DNA of 64,000 bases from Neoechinorhynchus agilis. Lineage: Eukaryota > Animalia > Acanthocephala. The stretch's first letter is position 1, and every line of letters begins with the position of its first letter. Below are positions 21,379 to 32,179 of the stretch, piece after piece. The position numbers and the translations under genes were made by a program. The stretch is from contig CM121341.1 in the NCBI GenBank assembly GCA_051530055.1, positions 6,674,784 to 6,738,783 of the forward strand. Reading direction: 5' to 3'. The notes below the pieces were generated by a model. That model made no database searches. It had not been told where the DNA came from and saw nothing but the letters and a program-made list of their open reading frames with translations.

Positions 21379-22189
21379 GGATTCAGTATTGGAGTCAAGC
21401 AGAGTGCTCCGAAAAGAGGACGAATGCAAGCAATGATTGATGTAAAGAAGAAAAAGATACTGATTCATCAAATTCTTCTTTTGCGCCGTTTTGAAGAACA
21501 CTTGTTGAATCGTGAATCACTGTTCAGGCATATTTCCACCTACTATTTCGCCGCTAACACAACCAGGTTACAAGATTTTGTTGATTAAACAAGGTTCATT
21601 TAAAAACGTGAACTTTTTTCCCAGTTTAGGTGACAGAATGGAAACTAAATAGAGGCACATAGCCAGGGTTATCGGAATGAAAAACCCTAATTGAGGTCAC
21701 TGTTAAAGAAGCGATCTTTTAAGAATGACTCTTGGCAATTAACATTTTATATTTGTTCTTAAACACGACTTTCCGTTGGCCCTGATCTTTTTCGCAAAAC
21801 TTAATTAATACATCCACTAATTTATCCATCATTTCACATCGTATGATAGCACTCGCGTTCAATTCCATCGATTGTGATAAAAATTATTTTGTTGAGTTCA
21901 ATCAAAACGGCTCTCCGGTGAATCAAAGGGCATTCGGAAACTAATGGGATAATCTGTTGGTTTCATTAATCGCTTAACTCTTTTCTCCGTTACAACGCGT
22001 ATACCTGAGATGCAATCTTACAAACTTTACATGCAAGGAGAGTGCTCCTCGAATCTCTTATTACTTTGCGTAACCCCTCCAAATTGTCATTGATCCGAAT
22101 TTTTAATTCCCGAGTCTGTGTAAAACCACCGTTGTATAAAGATAGATCACCTTTTATTGTAACGAGCGCTTTCCTTGTAGGCTTGAGTC

Positions 22190-22320
22190 GTTTACGGATT
22201 TGCCTTTCAAGACACTGTTTGTTCACAATCTGATAGTATATTGACAGCTCCCGCCTAGCTAGTTCCCATTCTAGAGTATTGTGCGGACTTTCCTTTTGCC
22301 CCTTGTAGGGGTTCAGAAGC
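22190..22320 (+). mobile_element. Possible highly decayed CR1-like RT C-terminal remnant
   Basis: FKTLFVHNLIVY*...LVPILEYC resembles the CR1 LVRPxLEYC motif; the match is short and frameshifted. Confidence 0.3.
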
Positions 22321-22334
22321 TGAATCGTTCTATA

Positions 22335-22880
22335 TTAAAACATCAATAAGTGCCAGATCAAATTAACTTTTCTAGATCTACTTTTGACGCTGAATTCACC
22401 TGCGATAACGGTTTGGTGTGGCTTGTTAAATTTTTACACTTCGTTTTAGGATTGAAGTTCATAAAAGACACCTGAATTAAATTTGTGGTGCTTATAAGTG
22501 GTTATGAACTGGTAAAACATTTTGAGCATTTCTGATGCGCCGATTTCAACGGTGTTATCAAATTTTAATGAATCCTGCAAATTTAGTGATCTTTCACTCT
22601 TGTGACTTTTGACTAAGTATAATAATGCGATTTTCGACGCCAACAATACAGCTGTAGTTTATTGATTATATTCATTTAGTACATCCCAACGCGCTGATTC
22701 CAGATCTGTTTTCGGATTTGCGATAGCTTCATAATTCTTGAGTTATTCGTCTTTCAATTTTAAGACCAATAACCTTGATTATCCATATAAAAACATCAAT
22801 AAGTGTTAGATCAAATTAACTTTTCTAGATCTACTTTTGACGCAGAATTCACCTGAAATAACGGTTTCTTGTGGCTTTAT
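22335..22880. repeat. Dispersed direct repeat of about 90 bp (22335-22430 and 22788-22880)
   Basis: aaaacatcaataagtg(cc/tt)agatcaaattaactttt-ctagatctacttttgacgc-gaattcacctg occurs twice. Confidence 0.85.
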
Positions 22881-23059
22881 AAATCTCTGCATTTAGTTTT
22901 TATCAAGCAGAGAGATATTTTGGATGAGCGATGGCTTTAGCCACGCTTCACATCGAACTATTAGAGATAAGGTTTTTAAACATAAGAAAATGTAGGCCGG
23001 TTTGGACGTTTTTAGACAATACATAATTTATTAGAAACAAAAACGCGCGACGTTTTTCC

Positions 23060-25339
23060 TTACACATTAGTCATTGTGGACACTTCACTATGTGGCACAT
23101 CGACGAAACTGTAATCTCCTTTGTAGATACTCAAATTGCCAAAATGCCGTTGCTTCCTGTATCGAGATAGCCAAGGATTTTTAGCTAGCATCGTAAACAG
23201 GTAGAACCTGAACATAACTCGTCTCCTCATAAAGTATTTTGCCATTTCCCTATTTATCACTAAGCCACAATTTCCTCCACGTTGGAATTTTAGACGACTA
23301 ACGAGGGCCTGTCGCTCGGACCGTTGATCAGCAATGCTGAGCTTTACCAAATCGCAAAACACTAGCACTGAAGGATTCGTCTGCATTGATTCCAGATGAA
23401 TCCAGCAGACGTAAGAAGAATATCCTTTGTCGTAGACCTCCAATCCTCGTCCAAAAATACTCTGATCGATTCTAGGGAGGAAGATAATCGATGCCAAGGC
23501 GGTCTGAGCGATTCTCGAAAAGCACACAACCATTCCAACAAAGCAGTCGAAGAAAAGGTTGAAGAAATTGAAGATAAAGAGGAGTTGGGTATTGTGGATT
23601 TCTGGACTGTTCCCATAGTTTGAGGTGAACAAAGTATTGGTCAGTATTTTGATAAGGACGAGCTTAAGGACGAGAAGGACCGTCATAGGTAGCATTGAAC
23701 GGACAATCAACTCAAAAACATTCACGACATTCATCAGATTTCTGAAGAAAACATAAAGAATGAACATCATTGAAAGGATAAGAACGTAACCCCAAATGAC
23801 ATATCCGATCATGAATCCTGGAAAATGAAGTGCTCTTGTAAGGACACTTCTATTTTTGAATTTTCGTCTTTCAGGAATATCCACGAATTTTCCTTTATAG
23901 GCGTTCAACAAACATCGACGGTATTTCCTCATTCCCGCGATCAGCTGAACGCTACAAACTAAAGCGCAAATCACATTAATAACGCGGAGATCCCGTACCA
24001 TTTTTTGTCTTACTTTTTCTTCAAGATCAAAGACTTTGATTCCAGGAAATATTTGAATTAATGAATTGACTGTGACGAACTGAAGGATACTATAGATTTC
24101 ATCGATCACTTTTTGGGAGTTTTGTAATACCCAGAAGGAAAATTGGTAAATTAATGTAAATGAAATGAAATACAGATGCAAGATTTGTTTTGAGAATTTG
24201 AAACTGATTTTTTGTCCTTTGTTCATTAATTGGTTAACGTGACGATACTCTGATTGAAGATCGTCGTCCTTTAGAAGCCAAGACACAAAAGATTGCTTGT
24301 TTGTTTTCCGTTTAAAGTCAATCAAAGTGGCGAAGAAGAGAACTGTGAGACGAATGGCGAGTATGCAAGAGTAAAAGTAGTACGGCATTTGTCTTAACAT
24401 TTTTAACTTGAGTGCATCCTTGGAGAGTGGAAGACAACTCTGGCACATTGTTTCTCTTTTTTGAGAAACGTTTGTGAATGTTGCACTTAAATTATTGCTT
24501 TTAATTAAAAAAATCTGCCTTGATTTAGGACAATAAGCATCCATTGCTGTTTGAAAGAAGATCTCTGTCCACATAAACAATGCGCTTAATCCGTAACAAA
24601 TAAAATTGTGCGGCCTAAGTTCAAGAGACATGAGAATCGGTAGATACCGAATTCCTATAAGAACGACTATTCCTGCTTGTCTGAAAAGATTTAAAAGCGG
24701 ACCGTGGTCGTTTGTCGTAGTTATTATTAATTTCTCAAAGGAATGCAGCACTTCCAAAGCCAAGATTCCATAAATGCACACCGAGTCGAAACGATTCGTT
24801 TTTGTAAAAGGATTGTAGACAAATCTTTTTGACATTCGTCCGCGACTTTCTGATCGCATTCGGATCATCTTGAGAGAACTGTACAAGGCCAGTATCAGAA
24901 ATATTGGAAGGGTTATCTTATTGATTGGTGTTCTATAGAACTCAATGAGAGAATCGATTCGCGCAAAGGTGCATATCGGCAGAAGTTCCAAATGATCATT
25001 GTTTGTTTTCTCCAATTGAATTCGTCTTGATTGGTAAATAAAAGTTATGCATAAAATCACAATCATCATTGACATAAACATTGGCAAAGTCTTTACAAGT
25101 CCTCGCTTTAAATTTATAAAAGTAGTCCATCTTCGTGCATTCGGAATGCAGCCCTTTTCCTCGACGCGAGAATAAATCTCGATTCTGGACGAAGGTTTCC
25201 TTCCGAATGATTCTGGAATTACACTGTAAACTTGTTTTTCGCTGCCCATTGCATCCATGAATAACTTATTGAACGTTTCTTTTCTGTGCTCGAATTGAGT
25301 CGCACCGAAACAACTGACGGGTACGTTTTTCGCGTCCAC
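23060..25339 (-). CDS. STRA6: STRA6-like protein, copy 2 (protein identical to copy 1)
   Basis: The ORF-track translation is identical to 5885-8164 at offset 17175. One synonymous difference was seen (6746 a versus 23921 g). Confidence 0.88.
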   Translation of the reverse strand: MDAKNVPVSCFGATQFEHRKETFNKLFMDAMGSEKQVYSVIPESFGRKPSSRIEIYSRVEEKGCIPNARRWTTFINLKRGLVKTLPMFMSMMIVILCITFIYQSRRIQLEKTNNDHLELLPICTFARIDSLIEFYRTPINKITLPIFLILALYSSLKMIRMRSESRGRMSKRFVYNPFTKTNRFDSVCIYGILALEVLHSFEKLIITTTNDHGPLLNLFRQAGIVVLIGIRYLPILMSLELRPHNFICYGLSALFMWTEIFFQTAMDAYCPKSRQIFLIKSNNLSATFTNVSQKRETMCQSCLPLSKDALKLKMLRQMPYYFYSCILAIRLTVLFFATLIDFKRKTNKQSFVSWLLKDDDLQSEYRHVNQLMNKGQKISFKFSKQILHLYFISFTLIYQFSFWVLQNSQKVIDEIYSILQFVTVNSLIQIFPGIKVFDLEEKVRQKMVRDLRVINVICALVCSVQLIAGMRKYRRCLLNAYKGKFVDIPERRKFKNRSVLTRALHFPGFMIGYVIWGYVLILSMMFILYVFFRNLMNVVNVFELIVRSMLPMTVLLVLKLVLIKILTNTLFTSNYGNSPEIHNTQLLFIFNFFNLFFDCFVGMVVCFSRIAQTALASIIFLPRIDQSIFGRGLEVYDKGYSSYVCWIHLESMQTNPSVLVFCDLVKLSIADQRSERQALVSRLKFQRGGNCGLVINREMAKYFMRRRVMFRFYLFTMLAKNPWLSRYRKQRHFGNLSIYKGDYSFVDVPHSEVSTMTNV

Positions 25340-25784
25340 GTGACCCGTAAATCGTTGGTTTTTTCACTTATTTTTGTGGAACATTCCATGATACGAAACT
25401 GAGAAAAACACTTATAATATTTGGGATCAGGCCATGACTCGATGCTTTGCATCGCTCAACTCCTAGAAAGGTTGCTGTTTTGCCTGGTTTTCAATAAATC
25501 CTTTTACGGCTTTGGAATAAACGACGCACAATGTCGATCATTGCGGCCCGGAGAAAGCATAACTCCTTTGCTGCTTTTCTAAAAGCCCTTAAAAATTATG
25601 CTCTGTGATTTGAGAAAATAATAACGACGCATTTATTTGCACAAAGAATGGGAACCGAGTACCTTTGGACACTCAAAAACAGCCGACTACACATTTTTTG
25701 AATGAATGTTGATTTTGGAGTGGATAACAGGTTCGGTCGGGTTCGAAAGTTTATGGTTTTTGTTGGAGAGTTTGTGAGGTTGGG

Positions 25785-25900
25785 ATCTCCTTGCGGTTTG
25801 GACGGGCCTCAAAGGACAGGATAGCCGTAAGTGAGGACAAGACGCCAGCAACGCCTATGGTGAAGGATAGAGCGATCGAGGATCTTGCAGTTAATGTATT
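25785..25900 (-). mobile_element. Fragment of the same LINE family as 8600-9290
   Basis: ttgcggtttggacgggcctcaaaggacaggatagccgta matches 8856-8895 (ttgcggtttggacaggcctcaaaggacgggatagccgta); minus strand reads LTYGYPVL*GPSKPQ. Confidence 0.7.
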
Positions 25901-26019
25901 ATTCGCGATTGTGAAGATAAGACGCGAGCCAGCGGATCTGCTACAAGTTGCGATCAAAATTGCAGCAGGCCCGGAGAAGGAGTGAATGATCCGCGGTGCC
26001 GTAAATGCATCTGTTGCAC

Positions 26020-26845
26020 ACAAAACTAACAAACATATAATGATGAATACAGGCTTCTAAGCGAATTATCCAAATTCAATCGAATATTTTTTATCGAAGT
26101 TTATGATCAAAACATCGCGAACAAAGTATTATTCATCCAGAGAGAATCCTTCAAGGACGATAAAGTTGGCGATGTTGAGATCACAATCCCTTAGACAAAA
26201 AATATTTTATTGAATTAAGATATTTCGCAAAGAAAACTTCGTCTCGTCAGAACCCACGTCATAAAAACTAACAATGAATGATACAACCAGGCTTCTTCGC
26301 AAATTATCCAAATTCAATCGAATATTTTTTATCGAAGTTTATGATCAAAACATCGCGAACAAAGTATTATTCATCCAGAGAGAATCCTTGAAGGACAATA
26401 AAGTTGGCGATGTTGAGATCACAATCCCTTAGACAAAAAATATTTTATTGAATTAAGATATTTCGCAAAGATAGCTTCGTCACATCAGAAGTTACGTCAT
26501 AAAAACTAACAATGAGTGATACAACGAGACGTCTTCGCAAATTATCCAAATTCAATCGAATATTTTTTATCGAAGTTTATGATCAAAACATCGCGAACAA
26601 AGTATTATTCATCCAGAGAGAATCCTTCAAGGACAATAAAGTTGGCGATGTTGAGATCACAATCCCTTAGACAAAAAATATTTTATTGAATTAAGATATT
26701 TCGCAAAAAAACTTTGTCTCATCAGAACTAACGTCATAAAAACTAACAATGAATGATACAACCAGGCTTCTTCGCGAATTATCCAAATTCAATCGAATAT
26801 TTTTCATCGAAGTTTATGATTAAAACATCGCTGACAAAGTATTAC
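26020..26845. repeat. Tandem array, about 238-bp unit, about 3.4 copies
   Basis: aattatccaaattcaatcgaatattttt recurs at about 26065, 26302, 26540 and 26777. Confidence 0.95.
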
Positions 26846-26909
26846 GATACTTCTTCCGTACTGCTTCCTAAATAGCGTCGTTCGTCGTGGTTAGAACGAT
26901 TATTTGAAA

Positions 26910-27494
26910 ATGTTTTCTCAGCGGGGTGATTCCAATGCGACGAACGCGGTGGTGGTTTCACCTTCAAAGGCTTCTTCGGTTACCATAAAGGATTTCCGCG
27001 GGCTACAGGAAGCTTGTGACGGTTGGGCCGAGGATCTTAGTCAATTGACAGAAGATTTTGATTCGATGGCTCAGATGGTTCGTGATCGAGAGGATATCAT
27101 TTTAAAGAACGAGGAGAAGATCAATGAGCTTGAGATGGAAATAAAGAAGCTGAGGGATCTTAATGGAGGTTTGAAATCGTTTGTAAGCTACGTCAGTATG
27201 GAACGCAAGGAGTTGGATGGTTTAATGGACGATGCAGAAACTCGGTTTGAGCAGGTTTATGGAAGTGCTAGTTTATGCTCGACTGAACAAAGACAAGAAT
27301 GTTACGTTCGTTTATTGGATCTCAATAAATGGTCACTGGAGTTTGGCGAATCTCTTGAACGTTTAGAAAAGAAGCAGGAGGGATTACCAGACGGGACTGA
27401 TTCTTTAAATCGGACTATCGAAGGTCAATTATGCGCGATGAAGGCCATAGAAGACAAAGTGGAAGATTTGAAGCGCAGAATGGATGATGGTTAA
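26910..27494 (+). CDS. NUP62: Nup62/Nsp1 C-terminal coiled-coil-like protein with no FG repeats (194 aa)
   Basis: FRGLQEACDGWAEDL...FDSMAQMVRDREDIILKNEEKINELEMEIKKL...VSMERKELDGLM...EQRQECY...TIEGQLCAMKAIE follows the pattern of the Nsp1_C domain. ATG at 26910. Confidence 0.6.
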   Translation: MFSQRGDSNATNAVVVSPSKASSVTIKDFRGLQEACDGWAEDLSQLTEDFDSMAQMVRDREDIILKNEEKINELEMEIKKLRDLNGGLKSFVSYVSMERKELDGLMDDAETRFEQVYGSASLCSTEQRQECYVRLLDLNKWSLEFGESLERLEKKQEGLPDGTDSLNRTIEGQLCAMKAIEDKVEDLKRRMDDG

Positions 27495-27869
27495 TTTAGT
27501 GTTACAAACGTGTAAGGAAAAATTGCTGCAAGTCAAATTACACACTTTCGACCATCTTAAATTTTGTTGACGGCCGATATAATTCTAACACGGCTTTTTC
27601 GCGATCCGAATTGATGTTAGCCAAATTCAATCGGTTGATCGCTGATATCAAATCAGCGCTTTATTTTATCACTAGAAGTGCGCCCATTCATTTATTAAGG
27701 CATCGCTGCTTAAAAATATCATAAATCTCAGAGGAAATGCTGAAGTCTTTTATTGATGCTATAACGCATCTTGTTGAAAAATACCTTAGTTTTTATCCCT
27801 ACAAACGGTTCGGAGATTCGTCAGCTTTCTCGTCTATGTGTTCCTGAGTAGGAGATCAATCCAGTTATT

Positions 27870-28546
27870 GTTTAGGTCGCTTGTTGACACCCGAGGGAGA
27901 TCGCGTTAAAGACGAATGTATACATTTCTACTGATTGAATCGGCCATTGTCAATTCAATCTAAAATAACACAGGGATTCGTCACAACACACAAGATTGTT
28001 TCCGTTTTGACTCGTGACCCGGGATCATCAAACCCGTAAGCGAAGACCAGCCTCCTTAAGTGTGTTTAGGCAAACTGAAGGTAGTTGGAGGGATTCCATA
28101 TTGCTGGCCATCTCGATGTATATCGACTCTTTTATCAGTCGTTGGAATTTTCTCTTTTCCGTGGACGTATGTGGCGATGCGACTTCATCGATTCTAAATC
28201 ATGCTCATCGGACCACACACTCAATCGGATTCGACAAGACCGACGTCCTCTACACGGAAAAGAGAAAATTCCAACGACTGATAAAAGAGTCGATATATAT
28301 TGAGATGGCCAACAATATGGAATCCCTCCAACTACCTGTTGCTAGCCTAAACACACTCAAGGAGGCTGGTCTTCGCCTAGGGGGTTGATGATCCCGGGTC
28401 ACGAGTCAAAACGGAAACAATCATGGATGTGTTGCGAAGAATCACACTGTTATTTTAGATTGAATTAACAATGGCCGATTCAATCAGTAGAAATATACAT
28501 TCGTCTTTAACGCGATCTCCCTCGGGTGTCGAAAAGTGACCTAAAA
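27870..28546. mobile_element. Penelope-like element remnant forming an inverted repeat (arms about 294 bp, loop about 90 bp)
   Basis: 27870-28163 is the reverse complement of 28253-28546. The loop plus right arm encode a GIY-YIG C-terminus: SSILNHAHRTTHSIGFDKTDVLYTEKRKFQRLIKESIYIE. Confidence 0.85.
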
Positions 28547-29072
28547 AAACACATCCAAGCACCCGAATGCAATCCTTAACCTAATATTGCTTTCCTTCAT
28601 AAAAGAAAAGCAGGGAATGTGGACAGCGAACGCCTGCGAGCATCTTACCGAGATCCGATTTCTTCACCTTGGAATTCCGCACTATTCATGGCATAACTTG
28701 ACGGTCACAATGGTCACCGGAATTCCGTCTATCTTTTGGTAATTTTGTACAACCGTCCAGGACTTTTACCAACTACACTTTAGCTTACTAAAATGTTCAG
28801 TTCCCACGTAGAAGGGCCCATAAATCCCCAAACGGCATTTTCACCACGGAGAAGCGGTGTTGGATTTCTAAGTGCAAAATTTTTCATTTTCCAACCGACT
28901 TTTTTGTTCGTAAAAAATGTGCCGATAATGTTTTTGCATGTTTTTGTGCCTTAACAAAAATGATGGTTCCCTTTTTACTCGTTTGTGGCTGAAAATCTAT
29001 TGCAACAGCCAAGTTCACGGATAAACGACACCTCGTTGAAATTCTAGCATAAAAAATCTTGTGCCACTGCAG

Positions 29073-30114
29073 ATGATGACCACTGACGAGTTTTCGAAGC
29101 CTCCATTTGAGCATCTAATAATTGATACCAGCGGTCTAATCAATAGTATTCGATTTGAGGTAAGCATTTCTTACCTATTTTTCTTAATATCACAGCTCGC
29201 AATTTTAGTCAATCTGTCAGAAAGCGTACACGACACAATCTGCACTTAATGAAGTAAAAAACAAACAACTCCGGAAACGGTTAGCCACATCAGCTTTAAC
29301 GTGTCCGATTATATTGAGAGAACCATCCGAAGAGTCGTGTGCGATTGTTCGAGCAATCGCTCGTCGCTCCGGTGAGTATCGAAGTCTAAGTAAAATCGAT
29401 ATCGAACTAATGGCACTCACTTACGACATTCATGTGGAGAATGGTGGTTTACCTTTTCGGGCACCATCTCAACCTCCTATCTCAAGAGGCAACGCTTTAT
29501 TCAGAGTGATTGATCCTCGGAAACGGTGCAAAAGCGATTGGTTAGATGTTTGTCGTGTTATTGATCGTTTACTGTCTAAGGTGACTATCATAGTGGACGG
29601 TCCACCTTTGAACAAATCTATCGGTCAAGACGAATGGATAGGTCCTTCCAATCTTCATATGGTTCATTTTATCGACGATACACGTACAACCGCATGCCTT
29701 ACAACCGATTTTGCAATGCAAAATTGTCTGAAGCAAATGGGACTTGGCGTGACTGATGGTGGATCCGGAAAGCTTATTCGCCATACATCCTCTTATGCTC
29801 TCCGATGCCCTTGTTGTTCAACCATCATTCCAGAAGTGGACCGACGTGCGTGCTGGACGTGCGGAGCAACTAATCTGGAGCGGATATGTGCGAAATCAAA
29901 CTCAAGCGGGAAAGTCTATTATATATTGCCAAAGTATCCGGCTAAAAGTAAAAAACCTTCATGCCCAATAAATATGCCGAGTACAAAATGTCAAGGACGA
30001 TCTAAACCGAATAATCGAAAAGCTAGCAGAAAGGAAAATTTGTTTGGACGAGACGCAATCTATGATAACTTTGATGGAAGTGGTGTTTACGGAAATAATC
30101 GGTTTAGAAAATAA
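29073..30114 (+). CDS. NOB1: NOB1 (20S pre-rRNA D-site endonuclease), 2 exons (intron 29160-29208)
   Basis: PIN domain EHLIIDTSGLI...YTTQSALNEVKNK...REPSEE...SGEYRSLSKIDIELMALTY; CLTTDFAMQNCLKQMGL; zinc ribbon YALRCPCC...CWTCG. Confidence 0.92.
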
Positions 30115-30189
30115 GCGGCGGCAACGTTTTGGAGGAGACGATTTGACTAGCTTTTGCTACACGTTATATTAATAACAACACGTTTTATT

Positions 30190-31231
30190 AATGAACAAAG
30201 AAGAAGACCATTTAACCCCTTTTTTAGAGCAATCTTAACTGGAAAGTGGCGTTTTTTAGCTTTGGATTACTTTGGCTTTTCGGAGTCAAAAAGCTCATGT
30301 TAGACATGAACTAAAAGCTAATCACTGTCGCATCGAGCGAAAATTTATGGATATATAAATTAGTTTGTCAAAACGAGTTCGTTTTGCTGCATAATCATTT
30401 TGGCAAATGAACAAAGAAGATCCATGTAACCCCTTTTTTAGAGCAATCTTAACTGGAAAGTGGCATTTTTTAGCTTTGGATTACTTTGACTTTTCATGGT
30501 CAAAAAGCTCAAGTTAGACTTAAACTGAAAGCTAATCACTGTCGCATCGAGCGAAAATTTATGGATATATAAATTAGTTTGTCAAGAGTTCGTTTTGCTG
30601 CATAATCATTTTGGCAAATGAACAAAGAAGATCCATGTAACCCCTTTTTTAGAGCAATCTTAACTGGAAAGTGGCTTTTTTAGCTTTGGATTACTTTGAC
30701 TTTTCATGGTCAAAAAGCTCAAGTTAGACTTAAACTGAAAGCTAATCACTGTCGCATCGAGCGAAAATTTATGGATATATAAATTAGTTTGTCAAGAGTT
30801 CGTTTTGCTGCATAATCATTTTGGCAAATGAACAAAGAAGATCCATGTAACCCCTTTTTTAGAGCAATCTTAACTGGAAAGTGGCTTTTTTAGCTTTGGA
30901 TTACTTTGACTTTTCAGGGTCAAAAAGCTCAAGTTAGACATAAACTGAAAGCTAATCACTGTCGCATCGAGCGAAAATTTATGGATATATAAATTAGTTT
31001 GTCAAGAGTTCGTTTTGCTGCATAATCATTTTGGCAAATGAACAAAGAAGATCCATGTAACCCCTTTTTTAGAGCAATCTTAACTGGAAAGTGGCATTTT
31101 TTAGCTTTGGATTACTTTGACTTTTCATGGTCAAAAAGCTCAAGTTAGACTTAAACTGAAAGCTAATCACTGTCGCATCGAGCGAAAATTTATGGATATA
31201 TAAATTAGTTTGTCAAAAAGAGTTCGTTTTG
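30190..31231. repeat. Tandem array, 210-bp unit, 5 copies
   Basis: atgaacaaagaaga recurs at 30191, 30407, 30618, 30828 and 31038. The last unit abuts a MITE TIR. Confidence 0.95.
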
Positions 31232-31235
31232 ACCT

Positions 31236-31265
31236 GTGGTGAAGATAATCCCGGTTAGAAATCAT
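31236..31265 (+). mobile_element. Solo terminal inverted repeat of the 16890-17183 MITE family
   Basis: gtggtgaagataatcccggttagaaatc is nearly the exact reverse complement of 17158-17183. Confidence 0.7.
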
Positions 31266-31864
31266 CCTATTGTGATGAAACCTCTTGGCAAACTGCCTAT
31301 CAGTGCGCAGATTTTAAGCTCTTTCGGACGATCAGCGAACAAAAGCTTCTGAGCACAGTTCGAGGTTAAAAAATCCTTCCTCGATTAGCTGAAAAGAGTT
31401 ACTCAAGGCTTTTAAAGGAAACCTGGGCACTTAAAAATTGGATGATTAATAGGTGAATAAAAAATAGTCAACATATATTTCAGTTATTCAATATTTAAAA
31501 ACCTTTTCCTCGACGGCTTCGGCGTTACATTTTTAATTTATGAAGAGTTGACTTTCGATAGATTACACCCAGTATTCATTTGTTGCATTATCAGCTGATT
31601 TTCTCGACCGCATGTACACATTTATTTTTTTATTGATCTGAATTAGCACTTTCGGCGGTCGGAGAAATTCTCCGATCAGATTGAAACTGTTTATTTTTTA
31701 CAAAAGTGTGAATCGCTGCTTGATTTTCCAGTCGAATGTCTTAATTTTAATTTGACAAAACTTATTTGCTTAGCTTTCGTCGTATTACGGCTTCGAATGG
31801 GCTGACCAAAACCATTTTTAAAGTCTCAATTTTTTGAAAAAAAACTTTTTTTCTAGGTTTTACA

Positions 31865-32055
31865 GTAATAAAGTACAAGACGTGCAATCACCACCGTCCG
31901 CAAATTCTTAGCTTCTCTCCTTCTTCGGCTGTCGCTATCACGTTAGCAGCATTGCTTCGTTGTACTGGGAGATATTTTGTCGCAGGAATTCACCAGCTCG
32001 TGCGTCGCCGGTCATTTTCTCAATTTCATTGAGAGATCCTGGAGCAGAGTGAGTG
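31865..32055 (-). mobile_element. 3' end of a CRE-like element, same family as 14290-15690
   Basis: taataaagtacaa...tgcaatcaccaccgtccgcaaa...tcggctgtcgctatcacg-tagcagcattgc-tcgttgtact...gagagatcctggagcagagtg aligns with 14299-14450. Confidence 0.85.
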
Positions 32056-32179
32056 CCGAGTACCGTAGAAATATGGTTACGCGATCATCAAATATCGATT
32101 TGGTTTCTTCCGTATTTTCTTTTCTAGTAAAACTGCGACTTGGGACTAGAACCCTTCTTCAAGTCTTTTGGTTAATAAA

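Noticed and set aside
28560-28870. Possible minus-strand exon with a GTAAG donor near 28650
   Set aside because: No convincing reading frame or downstream exons.
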